Origin: Candidatus Cloacimonadales bacterium
Lineage (GTDB): Bacteria > Cloacimonadota > Cloacimonadia > Cloacimonadales > JAIOQZ01
Length of the DNA: 64,000 nucleotides
Direction of reading: 5' to 3'
Assembly (NCBI GenBank): GCA_963665815.1
Contig: OY762463.1
Span: 352,001 to 416,000 of the forward strand
A model generated the notes under the pieces. It did not search any database. It worked only from the letters and a program-made list of their open reading frames with translations, and had not been told where the DNA came from. Both the position numbers and the translations under genes were made by a program. Within the stretch, counting starts at the first letter, position 1; every line of letters starts with the position of its first letter. This document shows positions 38,913 through 49,313 of this stretch, in pieces.

Positions 38913-39809
38913 ATGAATACAATAGAAAATATTATCTGGCAATCAAAATTCGAAGCAAAAAAGAACTGGCTTAAAGCTGTAAAAATACTTGAAGACGGAG
39001 TTATAGAATTCGGAGCTGATGTTGACTTGTTCCTTCAGTTAGCCGATGTTTACTCCGCGAAAAAGATTTATAAAAAAGCTATAGAATACTACCAGAAGGC
39101 ATCCGAACTTGATACAGAGAACATGAATATCCTGTTCAGATTGGGAAATTGCTATCTGTCCATGAACGAAATTACTGTTGCTTTGTATTATTATGACAAG
39201 ATAGAGCCGATGTTCCCGGAAGCAATGTACAACAAAGCTATTGCCTATTCCAAGAAAGGAAAACTTCTTCAGTCAATCAAAGTTCTGGAAGATATTGCCA
39301 AAATGAAACCTGACTCCGAGTTACCTTATTTCTTCCTGATAGAACAATACCTTTCCAGTAAAGAGTATAATAAGGCTATCGAAAAGCTGAATGTTGTTGA
39401 AACCAAATTCGGTAAAAACGGTAAGGTCTGCTTTCTGAGAGGAATAGCTTATTCATATCTGAAAAACTGGCTTAAGGCTTATATCGAGTTTCAGGCTGCT
39501 GAGAAGCTGAAATACAGCACAGCAAATTATTTTCGTGCTTACGGCATTACTGCTTCCAAGATAGGGAAGAGCAACCAGGCTGTCGATCTTCTGCTGGAAA
39601 GCATCAAACTGGAACCATTCAACCTGGCAACATATCTGGATTTGATCAACATCTATATCACGCAGGAGAGACTTCTTGAAGCATATAAAATTGTAGAACA
39701 TGCTAAAAGGATAGGTCCTTTCTCCGATGCCCTCTCACTTATCCATAATAAAATCATCCACATGATCAAGAAAAAGTACGGAGATTCTCATCCGATCTTT
39801 GATGATTAG
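38913..39809 (+). CDS. TPR-repeat protein
   Basis: Repeated 'A..YY.KA.EL', 'LGNCY', 'RG.AY' helical pairs. Confidence 0.8.
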   Translation: MNTIENIIWQSKFEAKKNWLKAVKILEDGVIEFGADVDLFLQLADVYSAKKIYKKAIEYYQKASELDTENMNILFRLGNCYLSMNEITVALYYYDKIEPMFPEAMYNKAIAYSKKGKLLQSIKVLEDIAKMKPDSELPYFFLIEQYLSSKEYNKAIEKLNVVETKFGKNGKVCFLRGIAYSYLKNWLKAYIEFQAAEKLKYSTANYFRAYGITASKIGKSNQAVDLLLESIKLEPFNLATYLDLINIYITQERLLEAYKIVEHAKRIGPFSDALSLIHNKIIHMIKKKYGDSHPIFDD

Positions 39810-40158
39810 GACTTGGAAGAGCATATCCTGTAAGAGCCTGTGTAGAACTGAGTTCCTTTGTATGAGTCGTAGAAACGTATAGGTATCATTTAGCTGCTGC
39901 ATGCAACGGCTATACATCAATCACATTCTCTGCAACTCTGCTTGATGCGTATAGGCAAACGGACGATTCCTCAAAATACACCTTTGGATGGTTGAAAACC
40001 TTCCCAATGGGGTGGATATTCTAACTTTTTTTTGCGAGTTATATCTTCGCATTGACAAAGATAATTTTCCTCAAGCTTATGATAGAAACCAACCAATTCC
40101 ACCTATTGCATTTGACTGGATATATTCTTATACATTTTCCGTATCTACTAATCCCCTT

Positions 40159-40575
40159 CTAATCTATCTTCAGAAGTTCAACCTCGAATTTCAGATCAGC
40201 ATTAGGGGGAATCACACTGCCTGCACCACGAGTTCCATATCCAAGTCTGGAAGGAATAACAAGACGTCGTTTCTCACCGACTTTCATACCAAGGATTCCC
40301 AGCTCCCAGCCTCGAATTACTTTACCTTTTCCAATTGTGAATTTGAAGGGGCTTTTACCGATAGATGTATCAAAAAGGGTGCCATCCATAAGCCATCCGG
40401 TGTAGTTCATTATTAGCCTGTCATTATTCTGTACTCCACGACCTTCACCCTGTTTAAGAATTGTTATCTCAATGCCGGTATCAGTTACCCAGCGATTTTT
40501 GGATATTTTTTTTCCTGAACTACATGCTCCAAGTATTAGTATTGCACTGATAAGTAATAATAAGGTTTTTTTCAT
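40159..40575 (-). CDS. FKBP-type PPIase, lipoprotein
   Basis: Lipobox 'LGAC'; 'YTG.L.DG..FD.S', 'VIRGWE.G', 'GYG', 'L.FEVELL'. Confidence 0.92.
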   Translation of the reverse strand: MKKTLLLLISAILILGACSSGKKISKNRWVTDTGIEITILKQGEGRGVQNNDRLIMNYTGWLMDGTLFDTSIGKSPFKFTIGKGKVIRGWELGILGMKVGEKRRLVIPSRLGYGTRGAGSVIPPNADLKFEVELLKID

Positions 40576-40655
40576 AATTTTCTCCTTTATCTGAGATAAC
40601 TTTAAATTTAGTGTTGAATGTCAATGAAAATTGAATAGTCTCTGAAAATCTATTA

Positions 40656-42065
40656 CTAATTTATAGTATCCTGATCAATTGATTTAGCTGCAATATCAAG
40701 ATATTTCTTAGAAAGGTTATAGTAATTATACATAGAGAATTTCATTGATAGTTTTTCCGAATCACTTTTCTTTAATCTGGATTTCTCCAGAATAATACTA
40801 TAAAGCGTATCAGCAATTTCGGGTGAGTTGTTTCTTAAATGAAAATCAGCCAATATTTGATAACTTCTGAAACACTTGGGTTTAAACCCAAACAAGAGAT
40901 TTCTGTATTTTTCTTTGTCAGATGATTTTCCATTCTCTGCAAGCTGAATATAGGTATTCAGTATCGTAATCTCAGGATTTTCAAAGCTTATGTATGGTTT
41001 ACCTGATTTAAATACTTTTCTGGTCTTGCTCTTGGGTTTCGAATACACATTTTCCGAGACTTGCTCTTTATGTCTGAAGATACTTTCAAATTTCTCATTG
41101 TGCATTATATAATCATCGGGATTGTTGTTCAGGATAAGCTCACATAACTTCAGTGTTTGCTCTGTGAGCCAACGCAGCATTATACTATCTCCTTTTTGGT
41201 CAAAATACATTATTGCCTGACAGAATGTTAGACTTTCATTACCGGAAACATTTTGGGATTTAGATATTTTTTCATAAAGTGAGTTCACAAAGTTTGTCAC
41301 ATGTTTCTTGTAATCACTTGAATCTTTTGAATGTTTTCTGTAAAATCCCTGTAACATAAAGTTTGCATATTGCTCAAACTGTTTTTCCCTGCTGAATTCA
41401 ATGAGTAATTTCTCTTTCATATCCTCATCATACATACTGAGAATACTATTCACATAAACCCTGTTAATACTTTCTCTATTAGTACTTAGTTGCGCAGCAG
41501 ATTCAAGATATGCTCTGGATTCGCTTAGCATATCAATCTTATAGTAAATGGCTGCAAGCTGAATGTAATAGTCAGCACGAATCCCCTGTTCCTTCTTACC
41601 AAATTTCATCAGATTATCCTCAAAGGTCTGAAGCACTTCTATAGCCCTTTTCCTTTTATTCAAATGAACAGCATAAATCTCTGCGAGGTAACCATACGCC
41701 TGAAAATGAAATGATTTACGTTCTATAGCTTTCTCAAAGCATATTATAGCTTCGTCAAAACGTTTCCATTCAATGTAAATTTGTCCTAACCCCTCATATG
41801 CAAAACGGAATTCTGGATCAATTACCTTAGCCTTTAAGTACATTTTTTCAGCATTAGTGTAGTCTTTACTCCGCAAGTATCGGTCACCAAGTTCTACATA
41901 GGGGACAGGTGAAGATGGATCTGATTTGACAAACTCCCTCAGCTCATTAATCTTCATCCTGCGGTATTGCTCGATTTCACTATTGTACAACTGATTGGCT
42001 GACAAAACAGATATTGTACATACAAACACTGCAACAAGCACACTTAGTCTTATCAGACTCCTCAT
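40656..42065 (-). CDS. Secreted TPR-scaffold protein, array member E (469 aa)
   Basis: Signal peptide, 'N.LYN.EI..YR.M', 'SP.PYVELG', 'FRFAYEGLG', 'EKAIERKS.HF'. Confidence 0.8.
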   Translation of the reverse strand: MRSLIRLSVLVAVFVCTISVLSANQLYNSEIEQYRRMKINELREFVKSDPSSPVPYVELGDRYLRSKDYTNAEKMYLKAKVIDPEFRFAYEGLGQIYIEWKRFDEAIICFEKAIERKSFHFQAYGYLAEIYAVHLNKRKRAIEVLQTFEDNLMKFGKKEQGIRADYYIQLAAIYYKIDMLSESRAYLESAAQLSTNRESINRVYVNSILSMYDEDMKEKLLIEFSREKQFEQYANFMLQGFYRKHSKDSSDYKKHVTNFVNSLYEKISKSQNVSGNESLTFCQAIMYFDQKGDSIMLRWLTEQTLKLCELILNNNPDDYIMHNEKFESIFRHKEQVSENVYSKPKSKTRKVFKSGKPYISFENPEITILNTYIQLAENGKSSDKEKYRNLLFGFKPKCFRSYQILADFHLRNNSPEIADTLYSIILEKSRLKKSDSEKLSMKFSMYNYYNLSKKYLDIAAKSIDQDTIN

Positions 42066-42094
42066 TACTCCTCCTTATGCTGAATCGGGAAGGT

Positions 42095-44869
42095 TTATTT
42101 AATTACCCTGTTATCTCTCAACTTTTTAAACTTATCTTCGTATTCCTTAGCTTTTTTCTCGTCTTTCATCTTGTCTCGATATAATGCTATGATTTTCTTA
42201 TAAGTACTATCCTCTTCAACTTTATCAAGGAGAGTTAAATACTGTTCTTCAGCTAACTTGTATTTCTTCAGTTTAACAAACAAGTCAGCAAGTCTTTCAT
42301 ATCCATAGTTAGAAGGTCTGGCACTTTCATGTTTCTTCATAAACTTATATAATTTTTTTGCTGATTTATAAGCTTTTTTAGGCTCTCCAGTCTCGTATAA
42401 TGCTACACTGAATGTTATCCTCATATTTGTAATTGCACCACTCAAATTATTCTTTGTCAGCATGTTATATCCATTACTTTCAAGCAGGTAAACGTAATCC
42501 ATTGCAATATCATGCAATTTTATCAAATCATTATATTGTTCAAGCCCGTAAAGTATTCCATTAATTTTGAAGGCCAGACGTAATGATTCTTGATTCATAT
42601 CTTTGGCGGTTATGGATTCAACAAGTTCAGATAAATGTTTCTTGCTCTCACCATAACGTCGTTCCCCAAAGTAAAATCCCGCAAGATTGAACTTCGCATA
42701 TATATCATCAGAATCAATTTCTGCCATCTTTTTGTAAGTTGCTTCCAGTTTGTCTGTGTAGTACTTGTAAGAAGCATCATTAATTCTTCCCTGACGGCAA
42801 AAACTGAGTATTGATTTGTAAGAGTTTATCTTGAATTCATTATCGTGAGTATCACGAATCAGTTTTTCAAGCATGTTGATCGCCGTATCGAAATTTCCTT
42901 TTTTTCTACCGAACTTGTTAATATTCTTTAAGATTTTTTCCTGAATGTTCTTATCGGCAGGATTGGCATCAAGTAGGTCAGCATAGCAGGTGATTGCCTT
43001 CATATACTCTTTGTTCTCTTCGTATTTTTTGCATTCAGCCAGCTTTTTTTCTGATATTTGCTTTGCCGTGAGAGTTTTACTGATGAATAATTCTCTTTTT
43101 TCTTTCAGATTGAGAAAATTGCATATATCTGCCAGTCTTTTATAATAGTATTTCTTGTTACTATCTTCCAGTAGATTCTCAAATTTGTCATAATATGCAA
43201 GGTATTCAGCAGCTTTAGTAGCATTGTCCTGTTTCTCTGCAAGAAATGTCATGTAATTGATGTAGATATCTACGATGATCCTCTTTGCCTTCATTAGGTC
43301 ATTCTTGCTCGCATTGGACTTAGAGTTGTTAAGATTCTCTCTAAAGCTCATTTTAGATTCGATATTCTCAAATCTCTTATCAATTGCTTTATCAGTTATG
43401 TACGGTTCAAGAATTGATGATATAAACTGATTTGCTTCATCAAAAAGGTCTGAATCCATATAGCATTTTGCCATGGACTCAATAACTTTGAAGTGCTGAT
43501 TGTTCATCTTGTAGGCTTTTTTCAGGAAATGTAGACTGTTCCTGTAATCCTTAGCATAGTAGAATTTTAATCCGGCATCATGATTAGCACGTATCTTGTT
43601 ATCCATAACTTCTATAGCTTTTGTATAGTAGCTGTTAGCTTCATCGGACATTTGCAGATGAAGATACATCTCAGCCATATTGATCATGTTATATTGAGTT
43701 GAAGGGTTGTACTTCTCCACTTCAGCTAGGTACTGCAATCTTGTGTTCTTGTCACCATTTGCTTTAAACAGGATATAGTAAGTATCGATAAGCATTTCTG
43801 AGGGATTATCGAAATTGAAGTTGGTCATCGTAAGTCGTGGATTACCAGGTATAAGTTCATATACAATTCTATCTGAGATAATCTGCTTGAACGGTATTGC
43901 TACTTCACCGTCTTTTCTGTTGATATTTACTTCAACACCTTCATTGATGATTCTTGTGCACAGATCAATAATTTTCTTGTGTACAATCGTCATATCAACA
44001 TTGACTCTTTTCTTCAAACTCTGAAAACAGAAGTTTCTGTATACACGAAGATCTTGAGTTTCCAGGGGAGCAGCAGCAAGTCGGTCTAATTCCTTGTAGA
44101 AAAGTTCTTCTTTTCTGCCCTTTCTCATATCATATCCGGCAGTATATTCTATTTTCGCCAATGCAATTTTATTGTTGTTCGGATACTTTTTCTCGAGCTG
44201 GTAAATAATGGTATCTGCTTCCAGAACATTAAATTTAGCATACTGGTGTATGAATTTAAGCTGAGGGAACTCGTCTTCCGGATATAGTCTGGAGTATCGT
44301 GCAACACATGAATCTATAAGGGATAGTTCTTTAATCTGTGCATATATGTCCCCCAGACCTTTGTAATAGCTGAGTCTGGACTCTTTATCTTTATCTCCGA
44401 AGTCCATCAGGTTGTTTTCAAAAGTCTGCAGGAGCTCAACAGCTTTTTCTCTATCATCAAGGTGAACAGCATATATCTCTGCCAGCTTCTCATAAGCTTC
44501 GAAATGCAGAGATTTTTTCTCTATAGCTTTTTCAAAACATTTAACAGCTTCCTCAAACCTTTCCATCTCCATATAAGTCTTACCAAGTCCTTCATATGCA
44601 TAACGGAACTCATTATCAATATCTTTAGCTTGTAAATAGTATACTTCTGCAATATCGTAGACTTTGCTTTCAAAGTATTTGTCCCCCAGAGCAACATAGG
44701 GAACAGGTGAGTCCGGCTTGGTATTTACAAACTCTTCCAGCTTTTTGATTGGCATGATGCGGTATCGACCGATTTCCGTGTTGTAGAGAGTGTTCGCTGA
44801 AAGGTTTGTTATGATAAAAATGGATATTATCCATGAAAAGATGTGTTTTGTAATGTTGCTATTAATCAT
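42095..44869 (-). CDS. Secreted TPR-scaffold protein, array member D (924 aa)
   Basis: Same conserved N-terminal block; additional C-terminal TPR repeats. Confidence 0.8.
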   Translation of the reverse strand: MINSNITKHIFSWIISIFIITNLSANTLYNTEIGRYRIMPIKKLEEFVNTKPDSPVPYVALGDKYFESKVYDIAEVYYLQAKDIDNEFRYAYEGLGKTYMEMERFEEAVKCFEKAIEKKSLHFEAYEKLAEIYAVHLDDREKAVELLQTFENNLMDFGDKDKESRLSYYKGLGDIYAQIKELSLIDSCVARYSRLYPEDEFPQLKFIHQYAKFNVLEADTIIYQLEKKYPNNNKIALAKIEYTAGYDMRKGRKEELFYKELDRLAAAPLETQDLRVYRNFCFQSLKKRVNVDMTIVHKKIIDLCTRIINEGVEVNINRKDGEVAIPFKQIISDRIVYELIPGNPRLTMTNFNFDNPSEMLIDTYYILFKANGDKNTRLQYLAEVEKYNPSTQYNMINMAEMYLHLQMSDEANSYYTKAIEVMDNKIRANHDAGLKFYYAKDYRNSLHFLKKAYKMNNQHFKVIESMAKCYMDSDLFDEANQFISSILEPYITDKAIDKRFENIESKMSFRENLNNSKSNASKNDLMKAKRIIVDIYINYMTFLAEKQDNATKAAEYLAYYDKFENLLEDSNKKYYYKRLADICNFLNLKEKRELFISKTLTAKQISEKKLAECKKYEENKEYMKAITCYADLLDANPADKNIQEKILKNINKFGRKKGNFDTAINMLEKLIRDTHDNEFKINSYKSILSFCRQGRINDASYKYYTDKLEATYKKMAEIDSDDIYAKFNLAGFYFGERRYGESKKHLSELVESITAKDMNQESLRLAFKINGILYGLEQYNDLIKLHDIAMDYVYLLESNGYNMLTKNNLSGAITNMRITFSVALYETGEPKKAYKSAKKLYKFMKKHESARPSNYGYERLADLFVKLKKYKLAEEQYLTLLDKVEEDSTYKKIIALYRDKMKDEKKAKEYEDKFKKLRDNRVIK

Positions 44870-45600
44870 ATTATGATTTTCTCCTGTATTGTATGAATCA
44901 CCAATAGTGTTCCATGTTTTTTTATATTTTTGTATATGATATGGAATCTCTTGTTATCTTTTATGTCTGCATCATCAGTCTGATTGAGTAGATTAAGCTC
45001 TTATAGAATAAGATTACTGTCGGGAAATAGTTCCAACGCTTTATCGTACAACTTTCTGGCTTCGATTATATCTCCTGCATACAGGTACGATCTTGCCAGA
45101 AATAAGTAGGCTCTATCGCTTTTATTACAACTGTCTGCTTTGACTTCCGAATCAAAATATGTCCTGAGATTACTCAAAACTATCTGAGTTTCATTTATAT
45201 TATTGTCAATATAATACGTTTGAAGCCTAATCAATTTAAGGAATTCTGATTCCTGTTCTTCTATCAAGATCACTCATAGTGTGTGAAAAAAGTAATTTTT
45301 GTCAATTGAATCAGTTAAAAACTAATCTCCTTTCCCGACTTAATCGGGACTCAGGGGACTTTCAACTCTATCTTTATCAGTAATTTAAGTTGATTGAGTG
45401 GAGTCGAAATCTACGACACAAATTACTATTAACTATAAGAAAACTTACGTTTTACACAATCTGTCAATGGAATCGAATTCCATTATATGGTATCTACTTA
45501 TCTCTGTATTGTAAAGAGTATTAGCCGAAAGATTAATATTTACCAGAAGCAACGATAATACTGCAAATAATGTAAGTCTTATGACTTTCAGTATGTTCAT
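44866..45600 (-). pseudogene. Array member C: N-terminal fragment + inserted element + C-terminal fragment with nonsense codon
   Basis: 45600..45464 reads MNILKVIRLTLFAVLSLLLVNINLSANTLYNTEISRYHIMEFDSI; 45273..44866 matches the C-terminus of members A/B with TAA at 45001-45003; ATGA overlaps at both ends. Confidence 0.85.
45277..45463 (-). mobile_element. MITE-like hairpin element, copy 1 (~187 bp)
   Basis: Homologous to 51754..51930 (reverse orientation); terminal inverted repeats; TCA on both flanks. Confidence 0.8.
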
Positions 45601-47438
45601 CTGACCCATCTCACCCTTCTTTTTATATCAGAAATTGCACTTTTGTCTTTGATGTTGGTGTTACCATTTTCCTTCATATCCTCAAGTTCGGTTTCAGGAA
45701 AACTATAGTGTATTTTATACTTTATTGCTTCCCGATAAATCTTCTCAGCTTTTTCAAAATCATTTATAAATCTGTAGGACCTGGCCATATATAAGTATAA
45801 CTGCACAGGAATGTCATCTTTCTTAATCTTTCTGAAGTACTTATACATCTTTTTAACATTCTTCCGGGCTTTCTTCTCATTACCCGGGTAGAAGCATGTA
45901 TAAAGACGAGTCAATTCATAATGAAGAACTATCTTAGTGTAAAATTCTTTTTCATAGTAATAGGGTTTGATTTTCAGTGTATCCAGATAACCGAAAGCTT
46001 TTGAGGGCAGATTGAGGTAATCCACAATAACCTTTGCGGCATTGGCATAATCCTGGAGTTCGAAATAGTCTTCATATAAATTCATAACTGCTTTAAAGAA
46101 GGCAGGATTTGCCTTTACAGATCTCTTGAGAAGCTCTATAGTATACAGGGGGTATTTATATGAAGTTTTTATAGATAAACCGTAGTAATCTAGTGCAGGA
46201 TTGGTCGAGAAAGAAAGAGCATATTCGAAGAATTCTTTTGCTGTTTTGGTGTCACTGTGTCGTAGGTGAAGATTTGTCATTTCCTTCAAGATAGAAGCTG
46301 TTTTGGGTTTTATCATCAATAGTTTTCGGATATACCAATCTTTTAATTCAGGATTTTTTATTTTTGTTACAGGATTATAAAGCATCCATTCAGCTTGCCC
46401 GGGACTGGTTATTTTCAGTGTACCCGGATCAAGGATATGTATTACATCTGTCGGTTCAGGGAAGATAATGAACTTTGTTGATCGTTTCTCAACTATTACT
46501 GAATCAGGCAAGTTATTCAGATAATTTACTATTCGGTCAATTTCTCGTGATAGTCTTTCCTTAAGATCGAAATCAACGTTATAATCAATACAAAAGGAAT
46601 GAAGCTCACAAATTTCCATCATAGATTTGTTCTCAAGAGGTTGTTTATCCATCTGGTCAATGAAATCCCGAAGAAGGTTTTGGATATCTGCATCAGCTCT
46701 GTATTGATTTCTGTAAGAATAATATAAACCCCTGTACCACTCAAATTTATAGCCATTCTGATTTATTAATTGTTTAAAATTGTCTTCCACCAAATTATAC
46801 TTTCCCATTCTGTTGAGCATATTCGCTTGTTTTTCAAAGTCATCAGGTGTAGATGGTACAAGTCTGGAAGACTTAACCTGCATGGAATCTGCAAGCTCAG
46901 GCTCATAAATTCTTTTATATATGCTTTTTAGTTTGTTGTAATACCAGGTTTTGCTTTGGTAGTCTTTTTTTCCATACTTCAGAAGATTATTTTCAAATGT
47001 CTGCAGCACTTCAATTGCTTTATCTCTGTTGTTCAGGTGTTCCTTATATATTTTAGCCAGATACCTGTACGCCATAAAATGCAGAGACTTTCTTTCAATA
47101 GCCTTTTCAAAGCATGCGATAGCCTCATCATATCGCTTCCATTCAATGTATATCCGCCCAAGTCCTTCATAAGCGAAACGAAAGTCAGGATTAATGGCTT
47201 TTGCCTTAAGAAACACTTGCTCAGCTTCCTTGTATTTCTTCTTACTAAGATATCTGTTTCCTAATTCTACATAAGGGGTTGGTGATGATGGGTTAGTTTT
47301 GACTAAAGACTCGAGTTGTTTCATTTTCATTATGCGTAAACGCTCTATATCTCTATTGTATATTGCATTTGCTGCCAGATTTACCGTAGAAGCAAACATA
47401 AATGAAATCACAAAAACTTTCAGAAATCTATGTACCAT
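45597..47438 (-). CDS. Secreted TPR-scaffold protein, array member B (~613 aa)
   Basis: Conserved N-terminal block; start ATG 47438 (AAGGTGAG RBS) or GTG 47450. Confidence 0.8.
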   Translation of the reverse strand: MVHRFLKVFVISFMFASTVNLAANAIYNRDIERLRIMKMKQLESLVKTNPSSPTPYVELGNRYLSKKKYKEAEQVFLKAKAINPDFRFAYEGLGRIYIEWKRYDEAIACFEKAIERKSLHFMAYRYLAKIYKEHLNNRDKAIEVLQTFENNLLKYGKKDYQSKTWYYNKLKSIYKRIYEPELADSMQVKSSRLVPSTPDDFEKQANMLNRMGKYNLVEDNFKQLINQNGYKFEWYRGLYYSYRNQYRADADIQNLLRDFIDQMDKQPLENKSMMEICELHSFCIDYNVDFDLKERLSREIDRIVNYLNNLPDSVIVEKRSTKFIIFPEPTDVIHILDPGTLKITSPGQAEWMLYNPVTKIKNPELKDWYIRKLLMIKPKTASILKEMTNLHLRHSDTKTAKEFFEYALSFSTNPALDYYGLSIKTSYKYPLYTIELLKRSVKANPAFFKAVMNLYEDYFELQDYANAAKVIVDYLNLPSKAFGYLDTLKIKPYYYEKEFYTKIVLHYELTRLYTCFYPGNEKKARKNVKKMYKYFRKIKKDDIPVQLYLYMARSYRFINDFEKAEKIYREAIKYKIHYSFPETELEDMKENGNTNIKDKSAISDIKRRVRWVR

Positions 47439-47463
47439 TGCTATACTCACCTTTATTCACAAA

Positions 47464-49313
47464 TCAAATATATAACTTCATCTTTTCTCTGCTTCTGGGA
47501 ACATTCCGGTAGTTTTTCAAATTTTTCAAGTCAATACTCTCATATCTCTGCATTTCTCTTTGCTCATAGATCAGGCTTTGATAATCAGGGAATAGTTTCA
47601 ATGCTTTTTTATACAGCTTATTAGCTTTTCTCTTTTTATCAATAATTCTGTATGCTCTTGCCATCAGAAGATAAGATCGTTCGCATTGGTCATTATTACT
47701 CCCCGATCTAAAATACTTTGCCATCTTTTTCACAACTGCCTTTGCATCAGATTCCTTTTCATCCCAGTAATACGCATATAGTCTTACCAGTTTATAGTAT
47801 ATCATTAACTTTGATAAAAACTCTGTTTCTCCTTCATAGCTGTTATTGAATTCCGGTTCGGGGAATTGTCTTGATGAGAATTTTTCAGATGGTAGTTCAA
47901 GGAAACTCAGGCATGTTTTTTCAGCGTCAAGATAGAATTTCCAATCAATGTATGTATCTATTACTGATACGGCAGCTAAGACAGCAGCAGGATCGTGCTC
48001 CAGGGTCTTCTTAAACAAGTACATTTTAGTTTCTTTATCTTCAAGTTTCACTCTTTTAGCCAACCAGTAACTGTCTAATGCAAGATTAGATGAGAATCTC
48101 AGAAAGTATACTGCATGAGCAATTGCTTCCCCCTCAGGACAATTGTGAAGATGAGTTGAGATTAATCTTTTTGCTCCTGCTGTAGTTCTTGGATAATACT
48201 GAGCAAGTCTTTCATAATACCATTCTCTAAAATTCATATCAAGAATCGGTCCTGTAGCACTATGTAAAAGAAGCTCTGCCTGTTCCGGATTTTCAATCTT
48301 AAGGATATATGATTTCATACCACCATGATGTCCCTTTTTACCTTGTGATAGAATTGTCTTATTATTGTATTTTTCAAAACTGGAATCCGGCAGGCTATTT
48401 AGATAATTTTCAATTCTGTCCAGTTCATTAGATATTCTGGTTTGCAAATCATAATTGTATTTATAAGTGTGGCAAAGCATCGACAAATCAACGTAATCAC
48501 GGAAACGTTTTTTATCAAGAGGAAGACTATCCAGTTCCTCAATGAGTTTGTTTAATGTTCTGATTGCTTTGGCTTCATCTTGTGCATATTTTTTGTAAAA
48601 ACTGATTAAACGTTTATAGGTATCAAAGCTGAAGCCTTCTTCCTGAAGAAGGTCCAGAAAAATTTTCTCTACTTTATCAAACTGCTTTGTTTTAATGTAT
48701 AAACCAGTCAGGAGTATTTTATCTCCTCTGTCAGCCGGTTTAATCTTAAATTTCTTTTTCTCTATTTCAATGGCAATTTCAGGCTCATCAATTCTGTTAT
48801 AGATTCTTGAAAGAAGCTCGTAGTTCTGACATTTAGAGTCAATGTCCTGTTTTCCGTACTTCATTAGATGATCTTCAAATGTCTGCAGGATTTCAATAGC
48901 CTTATCTCTTTTATCAAGTTGTAGTGCGTATATCCGGGCAAGCATGGAATATGCATGAAAATGAAGAGACTTTCTCTCGATAGCTTTCTCATAGCATTTT
49001 ATAGCTTCATCGAAACGTTCCCACATAAAATAAATACGCCCCAAACCTCATAAGCGAAACGAAAGTTAACGTCTTTTTCAATTGCTTTCAGGTATGCAGC
49101 TTCAGCTTTCTCCAGTTCCTGTCTATGAACATAACGTTTTCCCAGTTCCACATAAGCAGTTGGTGAGTCTGTACCCTTTGTTGTAAGTTCTTCCAAGTCC
49201 TCAAAAGACATAGGACGATAGATTTTAATTTCACTATTGTATCTTGGATTTGTGTACAATGCTGAACACAATAAAACTGTAACTATCAACCCGAAAAATA
49301 CTCTCTTTCCCAT
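47464..49313 (-). pseudogene. Array member A, split by a 1-bp deletion (~616 aa if repaired)
   Basis: ORFs 48999..49343 and 47464..49044 join at 'FAYE/GLGRIY'; GAG-GT-TTG where GAG-GGT-TTG is needed (~49046). Confidence 0.8.

Noticed and set aside
39960-39974. Minus-strand GAGGAATCGTCCG resembling the RNase P RNA P4 motif; GGCAAAC resembling c-di-GMP-I riboswitch
   Set aside because: Complementary 3' P4 strand and the other required motifs are not found; the region is too short for RNase P RNA.
39988-40416. 142-aa plus-strand ORF
   Set aside because: Largely antisense to the FKBP lipoprotein gene, with no recognisable motif or RBS.
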